DNA of 64,000 nucleotides from an uncultured Desulfospira sp. (GCA_963663165.1 OY760175.1:4192001-4256000); one strand, 5' to 3'; numbered from the stretch's first letter, positions 9,464 to 19,478 are shown. Numbers and translations: made by a program. The notes: generated from the letters alone by a model not told the origin.

Positions 9464-9646
9464 ATCCTTACAGACTTCATCACCAGCACTCCTCAGGGCA
9501 AACTGTAGCTGTTTATTATGTTTAGTGATTTGTTGCAAATTTGTCATACCCTTGATAACCCACTGTTTATTTGAACGATTTTGACTTACGGCATTACGGC
9601 GCCCAAACCACGGTCAATCAAGGCTTCAGGACCGCTCGCAACATAA

Positions 9647-9811
9647 CTCCAAAATAATGGACTTGGGACTTGGGATATGGGACTTGGGGATTGCCGTATC
9701 CATGGCCTCCCCAAGTCCCAAGTCCCATATCCCAAGTCCCAATTTTATACATTATTATCCTTATCACCCAAATTGGCATCACCAGCAGACAAGTTACATG
9801 CGATCTCCCTG
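9647..9811 (+). repeat. Right part of the MITE-like heptamer-palindrome repeat
   Basis: (GGGACTT/GGGATAT)n - spacer - (AAGTCCC/ATATCCC)n hairpin, then TTACATGCGATCTCCCTG; homologous to 41500-41664 (minus). Confidence 0.85.
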
Positions 9812-9917
9812 TGCGGATAAAGCGCCTGGTTGACAATTTTCCCAATCAGCTATAATAAATACCACTTTTTTAACGGTATTTAATGGGTCCGCCCCTTTTT
9901 ATAAGGAAACCGACATC

Positions 9918-11480
9918 GTGGAAGACCAGCCCCGGGAGCAGACAGACCCGGATCATGAAAAAGAGGTCCTATCGGATATTGGCCGCTGCATCAGGGTGCT
10001 GGAAACCCTGGCAGACCGGTCTGAACTTTTGGCAAAAATCTCCGAAGATGAGCGCATCGCCCTGGTGACCGCAGCCGGTAAAATATCCCGGCCGGACAGG
10101 GCTGAAATTAAAAAACGCAACAAGGACAAAAAACGGCAGATGCGCCTGGCTGTTGTGGGAAAAGAGCGTCAGGCCCGGGCGGCAACCGGTATCCGCAAGG
10201 CCCGGGAAGCCGCTGTGTTTACGGCACCGGCCCAGATTGAGGGCCCTGGTGTCCAGGGCCGTAATGATACCCGGCGCCTGGATTCTGCCCGCAACTGTTA
10301 TGTGTGCAAGGAAAAGTTCACAACCCTTCATCATTTTTATGACAGCATGTGTCCCAGGTGTGCGGCGTTCAATTACACCAAGCGATTCCAGACCGCGTCC
10401 CTTGCGGGGCAGGTGGCGGTCATCACAGGCTCCAGGCTCAAGATTGGGTACCAGGCCGCCCTGATGATGCTCCAGGCCGGGGCAAGGGTGATTGCCACCA
10501 CCCGGTTTCCCAAGGATTCGGCCTTAAGGTTCTCTAAAGAACCCGATTTTGGCCAGTGGGGCCACAGGCTGCATGTTTACGGGCTGGATTTGCGCCATAT
10601 CCCCAGTGTGGAACTGTTTTGCGATCATGTTCAGCAAACCTATCCGCGCCTGGATATCCTGATCAACAATGCGGCCCAGACCGTCCGGCGGCCGCCCGGA
10701 TTTTATGCCCATTTGATGGCCACGGAACAGCAGGATATCTCATCGCTGCCCCCGGAGGCGGCAAGTCTTTTAGGCCATTACCGGGACTGCCTGGCAGGGC
10801 TGGATACCGGCCCAACCCGGGGGGATGACCCTTCCCTGCCCGTTGCCTGGAACGGCGCTGCCCCGGGAATCGGGCTGCGGCAGTCGGCCCGGCTCTCCCA
10901 GGTTCCCTATTCCTATGACCAGAGCCTGGATGATCCCCGGGTGTTCCCGGAAAAGGCCCTGGATGCCGATCTCCAGCAGGTGGACCTTCGGAAGACCAAC
11001 TCCTGGCGGCTGAAGTTAGGGCAGATTGAGACCGCAGAGATGCTGGAAATTCAGCTGGTGAACAATGTGGCCCCCTTTGTCCTGTGCAACCGGCTGGCAG
11101 AGATGATGAAAGCTGACTTTACCGGCCAGAAACACATTGTCAATGTCTCGGCCATGGAAGGCAAATTCCTGAGGTTCAAGAAAGGCAGCCGCCACCCCCA
11201 TACCAATATGGCCAAGGCCGCGCTAAACATGCTCACCCACACGGCCGCCGAAGACCTTGCCAAATACGGGATTTATATGAATGCCGTGGATACCGGCTGG
11301 GTCACGGATGAGGACCCGGCACTCCTTGCCCGGCTCAAAGAGGAGCGCCACGACTTTCAGCCTCCCCTGGATATCGTGGATGGGGCGGCCCGGATCTGCG
11401 ACCCCTTTTTCCACGGCATTTTAACGGGAAAGCACTGGTGCGGAAAATTTTTAAAAGATTATTTTCCTATCGACTGGTAG
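9918..11480 (+). CDS. SDR-family oxidoreductase with N-terminal CxxC domain
   Basis: [24 protein letters not shown] and [10 protein letters not shown] motifs; CYVC and CPRC. Confidence 0.88.
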   Translation: MEDQPREQTDPDHEKEVLSDIGRCIRVLETLADRSELLAKISEDERIALVTAAGKISRPDRAEIKKRNKDKKRQMRLAVVGKERQARAATGIRKAREAAVFTAPAQIEGPGVQGRNDTRRLDSARNCYVCKEKFTTLHHFYDSMCPRCAAFNYTKRFQTASLAGQVAVITGSRLKIGYQAALMMLQAGARVIATTRFPKDSALRFSKEPDFGQWGHRLHVYGLDLRHIPSVELFCDHVQQTYPRLDILINNAAQTVRRPPGFYAHLMATEQQDISSLPPEAASLLGHYRDCLAGLDTGPTRGDDPSLPVAWNGAAPGIGLRQSARLSQVPYSYDQSLDDPRVFPEKALDADLQQVDLRKTNSWRLKLGQIETAEMLEIQLVNNVAPFVLCNRLAEMMKADFTGQKHIVNVSAMEGKFLRFKKGSRHPHTNMAKAALNMLTHTAAEDLAKYGIYMNAVDTGWVTDEDPALLARLKEERHDFQPPLDIVDGAARICDPFFHGILTGKHWCGKFLKDYFPIDW

Positions 11481-11599
11481 CAATCGATTTTTCATGCCAG
11501 GTCTGGTATTGTTTTTTCTGTCTTTCCCTCCACGATCAAAACAACCGGCCGGCTGCCGGTATCCGGCTGGCCCGTGAAAATTTAAGATGGAGACTTTTC

Positions 11600-12961
11600 A
11601 TGAATTTAAAATTTGTGTCAAAGACGGTACCGGTCCTGGCGGCGATTTTCTGGTTGTTTTCTGGACCGGCCCTGGCCAAGGTTGACCTGACCACCCTCAC
11701 CGACCGGGACCAGGTTCAGCTTACCATTTATAACAGTGCTGACCTGACCCTGGTCCGGGACACCCGGTTTCTCAACTTTAATCCCGGGATGAACCAGATC
11801 CAGTTTTCCTGGGCAGGGACAAGGATTGATCCCACGTCCCTGACCCTTGAGATTAAATCGCCTGACGCACCGGCCGCCGTGACCCAGATGAGCTTTCCTC
11901 CCCAGGCCAAAGACCTTGGCATCTGGTATATTCAGGCAGACAAGGCCTGCCGGGCCCAGGTGGACATCACCTATTTTACCTCCGGGATTTCATGGCAGGC
12001 CTTTTATACAGCGGTGATGTCGGAAGACGAAACCGCCATGGGGTTAAAGGGGTATGTCCGGGTCAACAACCAGTCCGGGGAGGATTATCCCAATGCAAAG
12101 ACCCGCCTGGTGGTGGGGAAAATCAATCTGCTGGACGAAATTGCTTTTTTGGCCCAGCGCACCTATCCATACGGCGCACCGGAAAAACCGGTTCCGGTAC
12201 AGCAGGTCCGGGCCGCCTACGCCAAAGCGGCCCGGATGATGGAGGCGCTCCCGTCTGTGGGCATGGACAGCGAAGAGATCGCGGCCCGGCCAAAGGAGAT
12301 TGTCAAACAGGGGTTGTCCGAGTATTTCCTGTATACGGTTGAGGGACGGGAAACCATCCCCAGCGGGTGGGCCAAGCAGCTGCTCTCCTTTGATGCCCCC
12401 AGGGTGGCGGTGGAAAATGTCTACCAGTATGAAGAAGAAAGGTATGGCGACCAGGTGGTCCGCAAACTCAAGTTTACCAACGATAAACCATCCGGGCTTG
12501 GGGCCGTCCCCCTGCCGGCCGGAGAGGTGAGCGTGTATCAATCCGTGGACCGCCAGGGCGGAATGGCCTTTGCCGGGTCTGCTCCGATGAAATATCTGTC
12601 TGTGGGCAAACCCTCGGAACTTGATTTGGGGCCGTCACAGCGGGTATCGGTCAAGCCTGTGGTCATGGGGTATGTGAAGAAACATCTCATCTTTGATGAA
12701 GAAAAAGATTTGTCCGGGTTTGACGAGGTCCGGGATATGGAAATCAAAACCGCCAACTTTTCAGACACCAAAGCCCGGATCGAGATTACCCGGAATATGG
12801 GAAATCCCCATTTTAAGCTGGACAAGATATCTTTTAAGGGGAAATTTGAAAAAATCGACCAGGACAGCTTTAAATTTGAACTGCTGCTGGATCCGGGTCA
12901 AAAGGAGACCATTCGGTATCAGCTAACCCGTTTTGCAGGAGAAAGAAAATGGCAGCAGTAA
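11600..12961 (+). CDS. DUF4139-domain exported protein
   Basis: Signal peptide, QLTIYNSADLTLVRD, GISWQAFY and VNNQSGEDY motifs; GGAG RBS before ATG 11600. Confidence 0.8.
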   Translation: MNLKFVSKTVPVLAAIFWLFSGPALAKVDLTTLTDRDQVQLTIYNSADLTLVRDTRFLNFNPGMNQIQFSWAGTRIDPTSLTLEIKSPDAPAAVTQMSFPPQAKDLGIWYIQADKACRAQVDITYFTSGISWQAFYTAVMSEDETAMGLKGYVRVNNQSGEDYPNAKTRLVVGKINLLDEIAFLAQRTYPYGAPEKPVPVQQVRAAYAKAARMMEALPSVGMDSEEIAARPKEIVKQGLSEYFLYTVEGRETIPSGWAKQLLSFDAPRVAVENVYQYEEERYGDQVVRKLKFTNDKPSGLGAVPLPAGEVSVYQSVDRQGGMAFAGSAPMKYLSVGKPSELDLGPSQRVSVKPVVMGYVKKHLIFDEEKDLSGFDEVRDMEIKTANFSDTKARIEITRNMGNPHFKLDKISFKGKFEKIDQDSFKFELLLDPGQKETIRYQLTRFAGERKWQQ

Positions 12962-14115
12962 GATTACCGTTCACGGCCCCCGTCATTACCGGCTTAGGGG
13001 TGTTTCTGGCCCTTTGCCTGATCCTGTGCCCGCCCGTTTTCCGGATTTGCCAGGCCAGGACCAGCCTGGTTTCCCTGCCGGCCAGGGATCAGGTGGTGGT
13101 CCGCCTCACCGGCGGCCATGCGGCCCTGGTTCAGGAAAAGCGGACCTTGAGCCTTAAAAAGGGGCGCAATGAAATTGACTTTTCCTGGCAGAACGTGGCC
13201 ATTGACCCGGACTCCATCCTGCTTGAACCTGTGGGCGGCAGCACCACGTTGCTGTCGGTCTCTTTTCCGCCGGGGGAATCCGCCCTGGTGTGGGAGGTTC
13301 ACAGCAAGGCCGATACATCCCAGCCCGTGGTGATTTCCTATCTTCTTGAGGGGCTGGACAGCCTGGTCACCTACGAAGCTACGGCAGACGCCGGTGAAAA
13401 GGCCATCCGGCTGAAATCCCACCTGATCTTACGCAATTTTTCAGGAGAGGATTTTGCCCCGGCCACCATCTGGCTCAACCCGGCCACGTCGTTTCCCACA
13501 GAGTCCCGGAACTTTGAAACCCGGAAAATCCTCTATTTTGACAAGGCCGGCATTCCCGTGACCAAAGTGTATACCTGGGATTCGGCCATCATGCCCCATG
13601 ACCCTGAAAAGGAAAAAACCGCCGTGGGAATCCCTGCCGGGTACAAGCTTGAGAATACAACGGCAGGCGGTTTGGGGTTTGCCGATCTGATTCACGGAAA
13701 GGTCCGGCTGTACCAGGAAGATTTAAGCCAAACCACCATTTTTTCAGGCGAGGATATGGCCCGGTTTGTGCCCAGAGGGGATAAGCTTATCCTTGAAACC
13801 GGAAAAACCCGGGACGTTATCGTTGCCAAACACCGGATGGACAGCGAGCGGACCCATATCCGCCGGAACGACAGCGGCAAAATCCAGGTTTATGACGAAA
13901 TCGTCAAAGCCCGGTTCACCATTGAAAACACAAAGGAGAGCCCCGTTGTCCTGACCCTGAAAGATTATATTGAAGGCCAGTGGGAGCCGGTTAAAATGGG
14001 CGCTGAATACCGCAAAGAGGATTACCGGACCCTGGTGTTTGAGATCGCCCTGGCCCCGGGGGAGAAAAAGACCCTGGATTTAGCTATGACCACAAAATTC
14101 AGTTGGATTTTGTAG
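12949..14115 (+). CDS. DUF4139-domain exported protein, 3' end replaced by IS sequence
   Basis: Paralogue of the upstream gene (IDFSW..IDPDS, NFSGEDF). The last residues AMTTKFSWIL are read from the IS end; the native tail lies at 16840-16891. Confidence 0.8.
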   Translation: MAAVRLPFTAPVITGLGVFLALCLILCPPVFRICQARTSLVSLPARDQVVVRLTGGHAALVQEKRTLSLKKGRNEIDFSWQNVAIDPDSILLEPVGGSTTLLSVSFPPGESALVWEVHSKADTSQPVVISYLLEGLDSLVTYEATADAGEKAIRLKSHLILRNFSGEDFAPATIWLNPATSFPTESRNFETRKILYFDKAGIPVTKVYTWDSAIMPHDPEKEKTAVGIPAGYKLENTTAGGLGFADLIHGKVRLYQEDLSQTTIFSGEDMARFVPRGDKLILETGKTRDVIVAKHRMDSERTHIRRNDSGKIQVYDEIVKARFTIENTKESPVVLTLKDYIEGQWEPVKMGAEYRKEDYRTLVFEIALAPGEKKTLDLAMTTKFSWIL

Positions 14116-14117
14116 AA

Positions 14118-15941
14118 TCATGAACATTTCTCCAAAGCCAGTTGAATTTTTTCCGGCAGATTATCCATTATTATCAATTTCCTAAAGCCCGGCAGTACCC
14201 GGTCGGTATGAGAAATTGAAGAAATAGGTTCATATCCGTCGATTTCGAGGTCCGCGAACAGTTCTTCAAGATTTTTCTTCCCATTCAGAAGCAAGTGCAT
14301 ATACTCAGGATTTCCCAAATTTTTTATCAGGGGCGTGTCAGCCAGCATTGCATGCAAAATCCGCCGCATTGAGTTGTTACCGGTTTTTCTTCGATGATCA
14401 CGGCGCAGCCCCCGAAAAAATTGTTCCAACAGGTTGTTGGTGCGCTGAGGATAGATGGTTATTTTTCCGGACGGAGTGTCGACCTCAATGGGATCTGCAA
14501 ACAGTCGTTCATCGTATTTATCGATCTGTTTAGCCAACTTTTGACAAAGCAGATCTCTTTTGTACTTGGTGTTTTTATCAAGTCTCGAACGGAATCGGCC
14601 TACGGCTTTTTGGATACTGTTCATGGATTTGTTCGATCCATCATCATTCAAGCCGTTCCGTCCGGAAGGATCTGCAATACGCATTTTTCTCCGGAGGTCA
14701 TCAAAAAGCAGGGTCCGCCATTCAAGATCATCAATAGATCGAATGAAATCGGGATCATTACAGATATTTTTGGCCAGGTTATTGAGCTTGCCAAATAACC
14801 GTTCTCCAACTTTGTCCCGGGGGACCTTTTTTTGAATGGAGGGTAGAGAATCTTTCAATTGCGCAATTCTGCGGGCAAAGGCCAGAAGTGGTCGATCAAA
14901 CGGGAACCCATATCCGTTTCCTTCTTTTTTACCCTGTAGGCACCACAGGCACAGAGAATAGATCGAAGCCGAAGATGTCTGATCCATAGTTTCTAACGTA
15001 TGTCCTTCTGTAATGGCAGCTGTCAGGTGCTCCGCATCAAGAGCATGGTTATCAATCCGTTGGTGAAGATCGCGGATAATTTCACCCAGCCTGGTGGTGG
15101 CGGCATGTTTTTGCAGGGTTTTTCTTAATTGACCGTAAGAGGGTTCGAGCAGATCCTTTCCAGCATCCCGCAGAAAATGAAAATGGCAGACAAAGTCTCG
15201 GGTACCAGGAAAAACCAGGGACACTGCTTTACAGATACCAGTCCCCATGTCATGGACACAGGCAATGGGGGGGCCGTAGTTTCTTTGCAGTTGCTCAAGG
15301 AAAGGTACGATATGGTCGGTATGTTCGCTGGGGATTTTTACATTGCCCAGTACAATCTGCTTCAGACCGTCCATCCCGGTCATCAGAACTGGAGCATCTC
15401 CTTCATGGGTGGCATCCAGGTGCAATATGTATCCGCCGCTGCGGTTCATGGCCTGTTCAATGCGAGGGGTGGCCTGCTGGTGCGCCAATGCGAGGTAGAG
15501 AATGAATTTGCGTCCAAGGTATTCGACTTCTGAAGGGCTCAAATCAATATTTTTGAGCATAAGTTCAAGGCAGACCTCATCAGTTGTCAGACAGCGATGG
15601 TAAAGACTTTTACCGACAAAGACAAGGACATCCCATGCCACATTACAATATCTGGCAACGATGTTCCGCAAATCTTTCGAACGGTAAACTTTTCGGCATG
15701 TCCGGCAGTGGTACAGGGTCTCATGGGCTTTAAAAGGACCGCTCATGGTAAACACGGTTTTTCGTCTGGTTTTCTGGACAAAAAGAGTCCTGCCGCAAGA
15801 ACAACGATTCTCTTTGGGCCGAAACCTGACGTCCGGGGGATTCGGGAACAATGCCCCCGGCAGTGTATCGTGGTAAAGCCGGGTTAAATTCCGGCTGAGC
15901 GCGAGCCAGGCCTTGGCTCCGGAATTCAGGCCTTTTTTTTT
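14118..15941 (-). CDS. Transposase OrfB (DDE), probably expressed as an OrfAB fusion by -1 frameshift
   Basis: LHLDAT, VHDMG, CHFHFLRD (CxxH) and RTNNLLEQFF motifs; Cys-pair motifs; no clear start of its own; A9G slippery run at 15932-15941. Confidence 0.8.
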   Translation of the reverse strand, partial: KKKGLNSGAKAWLALSRNLTRLYHDTLPGALFPNPPDVRFRPKENRCSCGRTLFVQKTRRKTVFTMSGPFKAHETLYHCRTCRKVYRSKDLRNIVARYCNVAWDVLVFVGKSLYHRCLTTDEVCLELMLKNIDLSPSEVEYLGRKFILYLALAHQQATPRIEQAMNRSGGYILHLDATHEGDAPVLMTGMDGLKQIVLGNVKIPSEHTDHIVPFLEQLQRNYGPPIACVHDMGTGICKAVSLVFPGTRDFVCHFHFLRDAGKDLLEPSYGQLRKTLQKHAATTRLGEIIRDLHQRIDNHALDAEHLTAAITEGHTLETMDQTSSASIYSLCLWCLQGKKEGNGYGFPFDRPLLAFARRIAQLKDSLPSIQKKVPRDKVGERLFGKLNNLAKNICNDPDFIRSIDDLEWRTLLFDDLRRKMRIADPSGRNGLNDDGSNKSMNSIQKAVGRFRSRLDKNTKYKRDLLCQKLAKQIDKYDERLFADPIEVDTPSGKITIYPQRTNNLLEQFFRGLRRDHRRKTGNNSMRRILHAMLADTPLIKNLGNPEYMHLLLNGKKNLEELFADLEIDGYEPISSISHTDRVLPGFRKLIIMDNLPEKIQLALEKCS

Positions 15942-16555
15942 ATCCCGTGTGTATCGAAAAGCGTTTGAATCTGATCTGTGTTGATCCGCACTCCTGTTTT
16001 TTGAAAAACAGATTTGGCCAACTGTTTCAAATCCAAACCGGGTTTCTGGATAAATACCACGAGGATCTGTACAGCCAACTCCGCCGGCAGGGGTGTATAT
16101 TCCGTTTGAAGGGCTTTTTCCTGAACATCGGCTTTGACAGGATCGATGGCCAGGTACACATAGGAACTGCCGTGCTTTTGTCTTTGCAGCTGCCCCTTGC
16201 GGTATAATTGAACCAGAACGGCATGGCAGCGGCACCGAAGCAACTGCCCCAGTTGATCGGCTGTCATCCCCGATGTGCTTTTCTCGACCAGATTCACCAG
16301 CGTATGGGTAAGCGGGCCATGTCTTGAAAAACCGATATCCCGGTAAAACCAAAGACCCTTGCTGCTGAAACGGGGTATCGAGGCCAGGGTGTACCATTTC
16401 CCATTGTGGGAAAAACTGCTGAAGTAACCGGTTTTGGCCAGGAATCGCCGAACTGAAGGGATGGAGTAGTTCATTCGCTCGGCCAGTGGTTGGATCATCC
16501 AGCATTTGTTTTCCTGAAAGGCTGAAATCAGCTTCAGGTCTGGTGTTTTGTCCAT
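15926..16555 (-). CDS. IS OrfA, putative HTH DNA-binding protein
   Basis: GGAGG RBS; ATG 16555 (GTG 16567 alternative); ends GIKKKA* over the A9G run. Confidence 0.75.
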   Translation of the reverse strand: MDKTPDLKLISAFQENKCWMIQPLAERMNYSIPSVRRFLAKTGYFSSFSHNGKWYTLASIPRFSSKGLWFYRDIGFSRHGPLTHTLVNLVEKSTSGMTADQLGQLLRCRCHAVLVQLYRKGQLQRQKHGSSYVYLAIDPVKADVQEKALQTEYTPLPAELAVQILVVFIQKPGLDLKQLAKSVFQKTGVRINTDQIQTLFDTHGIKKKA

Positions 16556-16839
16556 ATGTACCAGCACCTCCTGATAAAGTATTGCAAATATACTCAGAAC
16601 TAACCAAATATATGCAATACTTTATCAAAAGCGGGCTGACATTACAAGCCTTGATTTGAATTTTTACTAGCAAGTAATATAACCCAGGATCCTTTATTTT
16701 CGGGTCTTTTACAATTTTTTGTTTTTTATGGGTCAAATTAAGAATGAGAAAAAATGTCATAAAAAAATGATCAAGTATGGCATTTTTTGGCTTGTAACCG
16801 ATTGACATTATTGAATCCAACCGTTATTTGTGATCATAG

Positions 16840-16891
16840 GGATTTAGAATATAAGATGCTGAATCTATTTGCCCGGGAGTTTTCAGAATAA
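16840..16891 (+). pseudogene. Detached native 3' end of the DUF4139 gene
   Basis: Removing the IS and one TSD copy restores ...KTLDLEYKMLNLFAREFSE-TAA. Confidence 0.85.
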
Positions 16892-16933
16892 CCTGACTTT
16901 TCGTCCAAAGACAAGGATTTCGTTCAGGCGATA

Positions 16934-16960
16934 GCTAACAGCTAACGGCTAACAGCTAAT
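16934..16960 (+). repeat. GCTAACR heptamer tandem repeat
   Basis: GCTAACA-GCTAACG-GCTAACA-GCTAAT, overlapping the stop of the ATPase gene. Confidence 0.75.
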
Positions 16961-19360
16961 ACATACATCCCAAAGCAGCGCCACATCAACATCATAAATA
17001 TCCGAGCGTCTTGGTTTGATGGGGAAGGTCCGGATCTCATAATTTTCAATATTGAATTTTTCCGTCAGCGTTGCGGCATCGGATTCAATCTGGGCGGCCA
17101 GGGCATCCATATCCGCCTGAAGCAGGGCCGCGCTGTCTTGGGCCCTGCGGACATCGCCCTTTTCCTTACTCACCCGGCCCACGCCCCGGACCCCGGAGGC
17201 GGCCCGGCGGATATTGCCTGCCGAGAATGTCTTGCGGCCGAAAAAAGCCCCAAGAACCGCCGTGCCGAAGCTGATCAGGGTATCCGCGGTTTTGGCCTGG
17301 ACATCCTGTTTTTCTTTTTCCACCCGGACAAGGGCCTTTTCCAGCCGGTCTTCAAGGCGCTGCTGCTTTTGGGCATAATTTTTCCGGAGGTCTTCAATTG
17401 CCTGCTCCTTCTGGTCCCGCAAATGGTCCCGAAGCCGGATTTTAAAGTCGGCCAGACCCTCTCCAGGCTCAGATTCAAAGCCCAGTTTATCCACGCAAAA
17501 CAGCTCCAGCCGCTGGCTGTGGTAAAGATGGTCGGTAAATTCTTTTTGCAGGGAACGAAAATTTTTCATCCGGGCAAAGGCATTGGGCAGGGGATAAAAC
17601 TGGGACGCCCGGGGCGCGGTCGTTGAGCAGTCCGCCAGGTCAAATTCCATGGGCTCAAGCTGTTCCCAATCGGCATCGCGCCAGTCTTCAGGCAGGTAAA
17701 GCCTGCGGCAGACCCTGCTGTCCTGCTCGATATGGCGTTTGGCGTTGTAAAACCTTACAGACGCAGACACCGCCAGCCAGGGCTCAAAAACAGGGGCCTG
17801 GTCAATCACATTGGGCAGGCGGAACCGCTGTTCAATGTCCCGGCTGATCACGGGGGCCATGGCTTGGGCCGGCGGCAGATCCGGTTTTGGGGCCGGCGAA
17901 ACCGGTCCCCGGCCATGATCCTCGATTAAAGTCGCGGCGGCAGGGTCTTTTCGGCCGGCCGTCAGTTTTTCAATGTCCCGGCTGGAGATGGGCCCCTTCA
18001 GGTAGGACATGACCCACCGGGTTTCAAACACCGTTGTCCCGTCAAGGTGAACACAGTTGAGCAGAAACTGCCTTCCCTGGAGAGCGGCGATCAGCCTGCG
18101 GGTCTCCCCGATTTCCAGTTGGCCGTTGCTGGCCCCGGCAATGCCTTCCACCACCTTGTCCTGGTCCTGGCGGGTCTGCATCCGGCCGATAAACCAGGTG
18201 CCGATATTGGAAAGTCCCTTGTAGTCAAGGTCCACGGGGTTTTGTGAGGAAAGGACAACCCCGACCCCAAAGGCCCTGGCCTGCTTGAGAAGCAGCATCA
18301 TGGGCTTTTTGGAAGGGGGGTTGGCTCCCGGGGGAAAATACCCGAAAATTTCATCCATATAGAGCAGGGCCTTGAGGGAGGCAGATCCCTGCTGGCGCCG
18401 CATCCAGCTGACCACGCGGTTGAGCAGCATGGTCACGAAAAACATTCTCTCGCTGTCCGTGAGGTGGGAGATGGAAAATATGGCGGTCCGGGGCCGGCCG
18501 TCATTTTTGTAGAGAATCTGCTGAATATCCAGGGGAACCCCCTGGGTCCAGGCGGAAAAAGACGGGCTTGCCAGGACGTTGTTCAAGGTCATGGCCAGCT
18601 TCATTCGGTCGGTCTGGGGGTAAAAGCTGTTCATGGGAAACACGCCGACTTTCTCAAACGGGGGCGCCACAATCCCGCCGATCAGGGCTTCCAGGGAAGG
18701 GGATTCCCCTTTTCGCCAGTAATGCAGCAACAGGGAGCTGATAAGGATATGCTCCCGGCTCTGCAGCGGGTCCGCCTTGATGGAGACCAGGGATAACAGG
18801 CTGCTCACACTGGCTTCCACCAGGTCGTTGAGGGTGTCGGCGTCATCGATCATCCCGGGGGAAGGGGCCTGAAAACTCTCAAGGACGCAAACCGGTGTGC
18901 CCGCAGAGCTGCCCGGCGTATAGATGGTCAGGTCCGACTTGGCGCCCATGGCCTCAATACGTTCCGGTCCCTGGCCCCATGCGGCCAGGCCCTGTTTCCA
19001 GGTATCGGCTGTTTTTTGGGCAAACTCAGGGACATCCATGCCTTTTCTGGCGGCTTCGGCCGGGTCGATCCAGGGCTCGAAATCCCGGGCCCGGCACTCG
19101 GGGAAGGTGAGCAGCAGGTTTCCCATGTCCCCCTTGGGATCAATGATGATGGAGGGGATCTCGTCCATGATGGCCTCTTCGATGAGGCCAAGCCCCAACC
19201 CGGTCTTGCCCGAGCCGGTCATCCCCAGGATCACCCCGTGGGTAACCAGGTTCCGGCTCGCATATAAAAACGGCGCATCACCGGCCGGTTGCCCGTTTAA
19301 ATCAAGCTCTCGCCCCAGATAAAACAACCCCATTTTCTCGTATGTCGTACTGATGGCCAT
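16949..19360 (-). CDS. HerA/DUF87-like P-loop ATPase with C-terminal coiled coil
   Basis: GMTGSGKT, IIDPKGD, YMDEIFG and LSSQNPVDLDYK motifs. Confidence 0.85.
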   Translation of the reverse strand: MAISTTYEKMGLFYLGRELDLNGQPAGDAPFLYASRNLVTHGVILGMTGSGKTGLGLGLIEEAIMDEIPSIIIDPKGDMGNLLLTFPECRARDFEPWIDPAEAARKGMDVPEFAQKTADTWKQGLAAWGQGPERIEAMGAKSDLTIYTPGSSAGTPVCVLESFQAPSPGMIDDADTLNDLVEASVSSLLSLVSIKADPLQSREHILISSLLLHYWRKGESPSLEALIGGIVAPPFEKVGVFPMNSFYPQTDRMKLAMTLNNVLASPSFSAWTQGVPLDIQQILYKNDGRPRTAIFSISHLTDSERMFFVTMLLNRVVSWMRRQQGSASLKALLYMDEIFGYFPPGANPPSKKPMMLLLKQARAFGVGVVLSSQNPVDLDYKGLSNIGTWFIGRMQTRQDQDKVVEGIAGASNGQLEIGETRRLIAALQGRQFLLNCVHLDGTTVFETRWVMSYLKGPISSRDIEKLTAGRKDPAAATLIEDHGRGPVSPAPKPDLPPAQAMAPVISRDIEQRFRLPNVIDQAPVFEPWLAVSASVRFYNAKRHIEQDSRVCRRLYLPEDWRDADWEQLEPMEFDLADCSTTAPRASQFYPLPNAFARMKNFRSLQKEFTDHLYHSQRLELFCVDKLGFESEPGEGLADFKIRLRDHLRDQKEQAIEDLRKNYAQKQQRLEDRLEKALVRVEKEKQDVQAKTADTLISFGTAVLGAFFGRKTFSAGNIRRAASGVRGVGRVSKEKGDVRRAQDSAALLQADMDALAAQIESDAATLTEKFNIENYEIRTFPIKPRRSDIYDVDVALLWDVCISC

Positions 19361-19478
19361 TTTTTTCCTCTTTTTGCGGTAAGGCTGTGGTGACGGGTTA
19401 TCCCTGCGGTCACAGGCGTTATCTTCCATTCATCCCCATTATATCCTCAGATGATCCATCTGGGTATTAAAATGTGGG

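Larger units (their letters stand above)
5529..9646 (+). mobile_element. RIT-like element: three tandem tyrosine recombinases plus two upstream accessory genes
   Basis: Terminal IRs TTATGTAGCG (5529-5538) / CGCAACATAA (9637-9646); inner TTATGTTGTGAG (5546-5557) vs CTCGCAACATAA; flanking CTCCAA direct repeats at 5523-5528 and 9647-9652; lower GC than the flanks. Confidence 0.9.
14084..16839 (-). mobile_element. Insertion sequence, 2756 bp, Mutator/IS256-like DDE transposase
   Basis: 26-bp imperfect TIRs at 14084-14109 and 16814-16839 (CTATGAYCACAAA..GTTGGATT); 8-bp TSD GGATTTAG at 14076-14083 and 16840-16847. Confidence 0.93.

Noticed and set aside
9659..9740. CRISPR array
   Set aside because: 7-nt units forming a hairpin, no unique spacers, no cas genes.
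9618..9855. Small ORFs over the heptamer repeat (also 41436-41868)
   Set aside because: Translations of repeat DNA (GTWDMGLG); their mutual similarity reflects the repeat.
14118..16820. 900-aa ORF as a single transposase
   Set aside because: The first ~290 codons overlap orfA in another frame, begin at a TTG within the TIR and do not look protein-like. An OrfAB frameshift fusion fits better.
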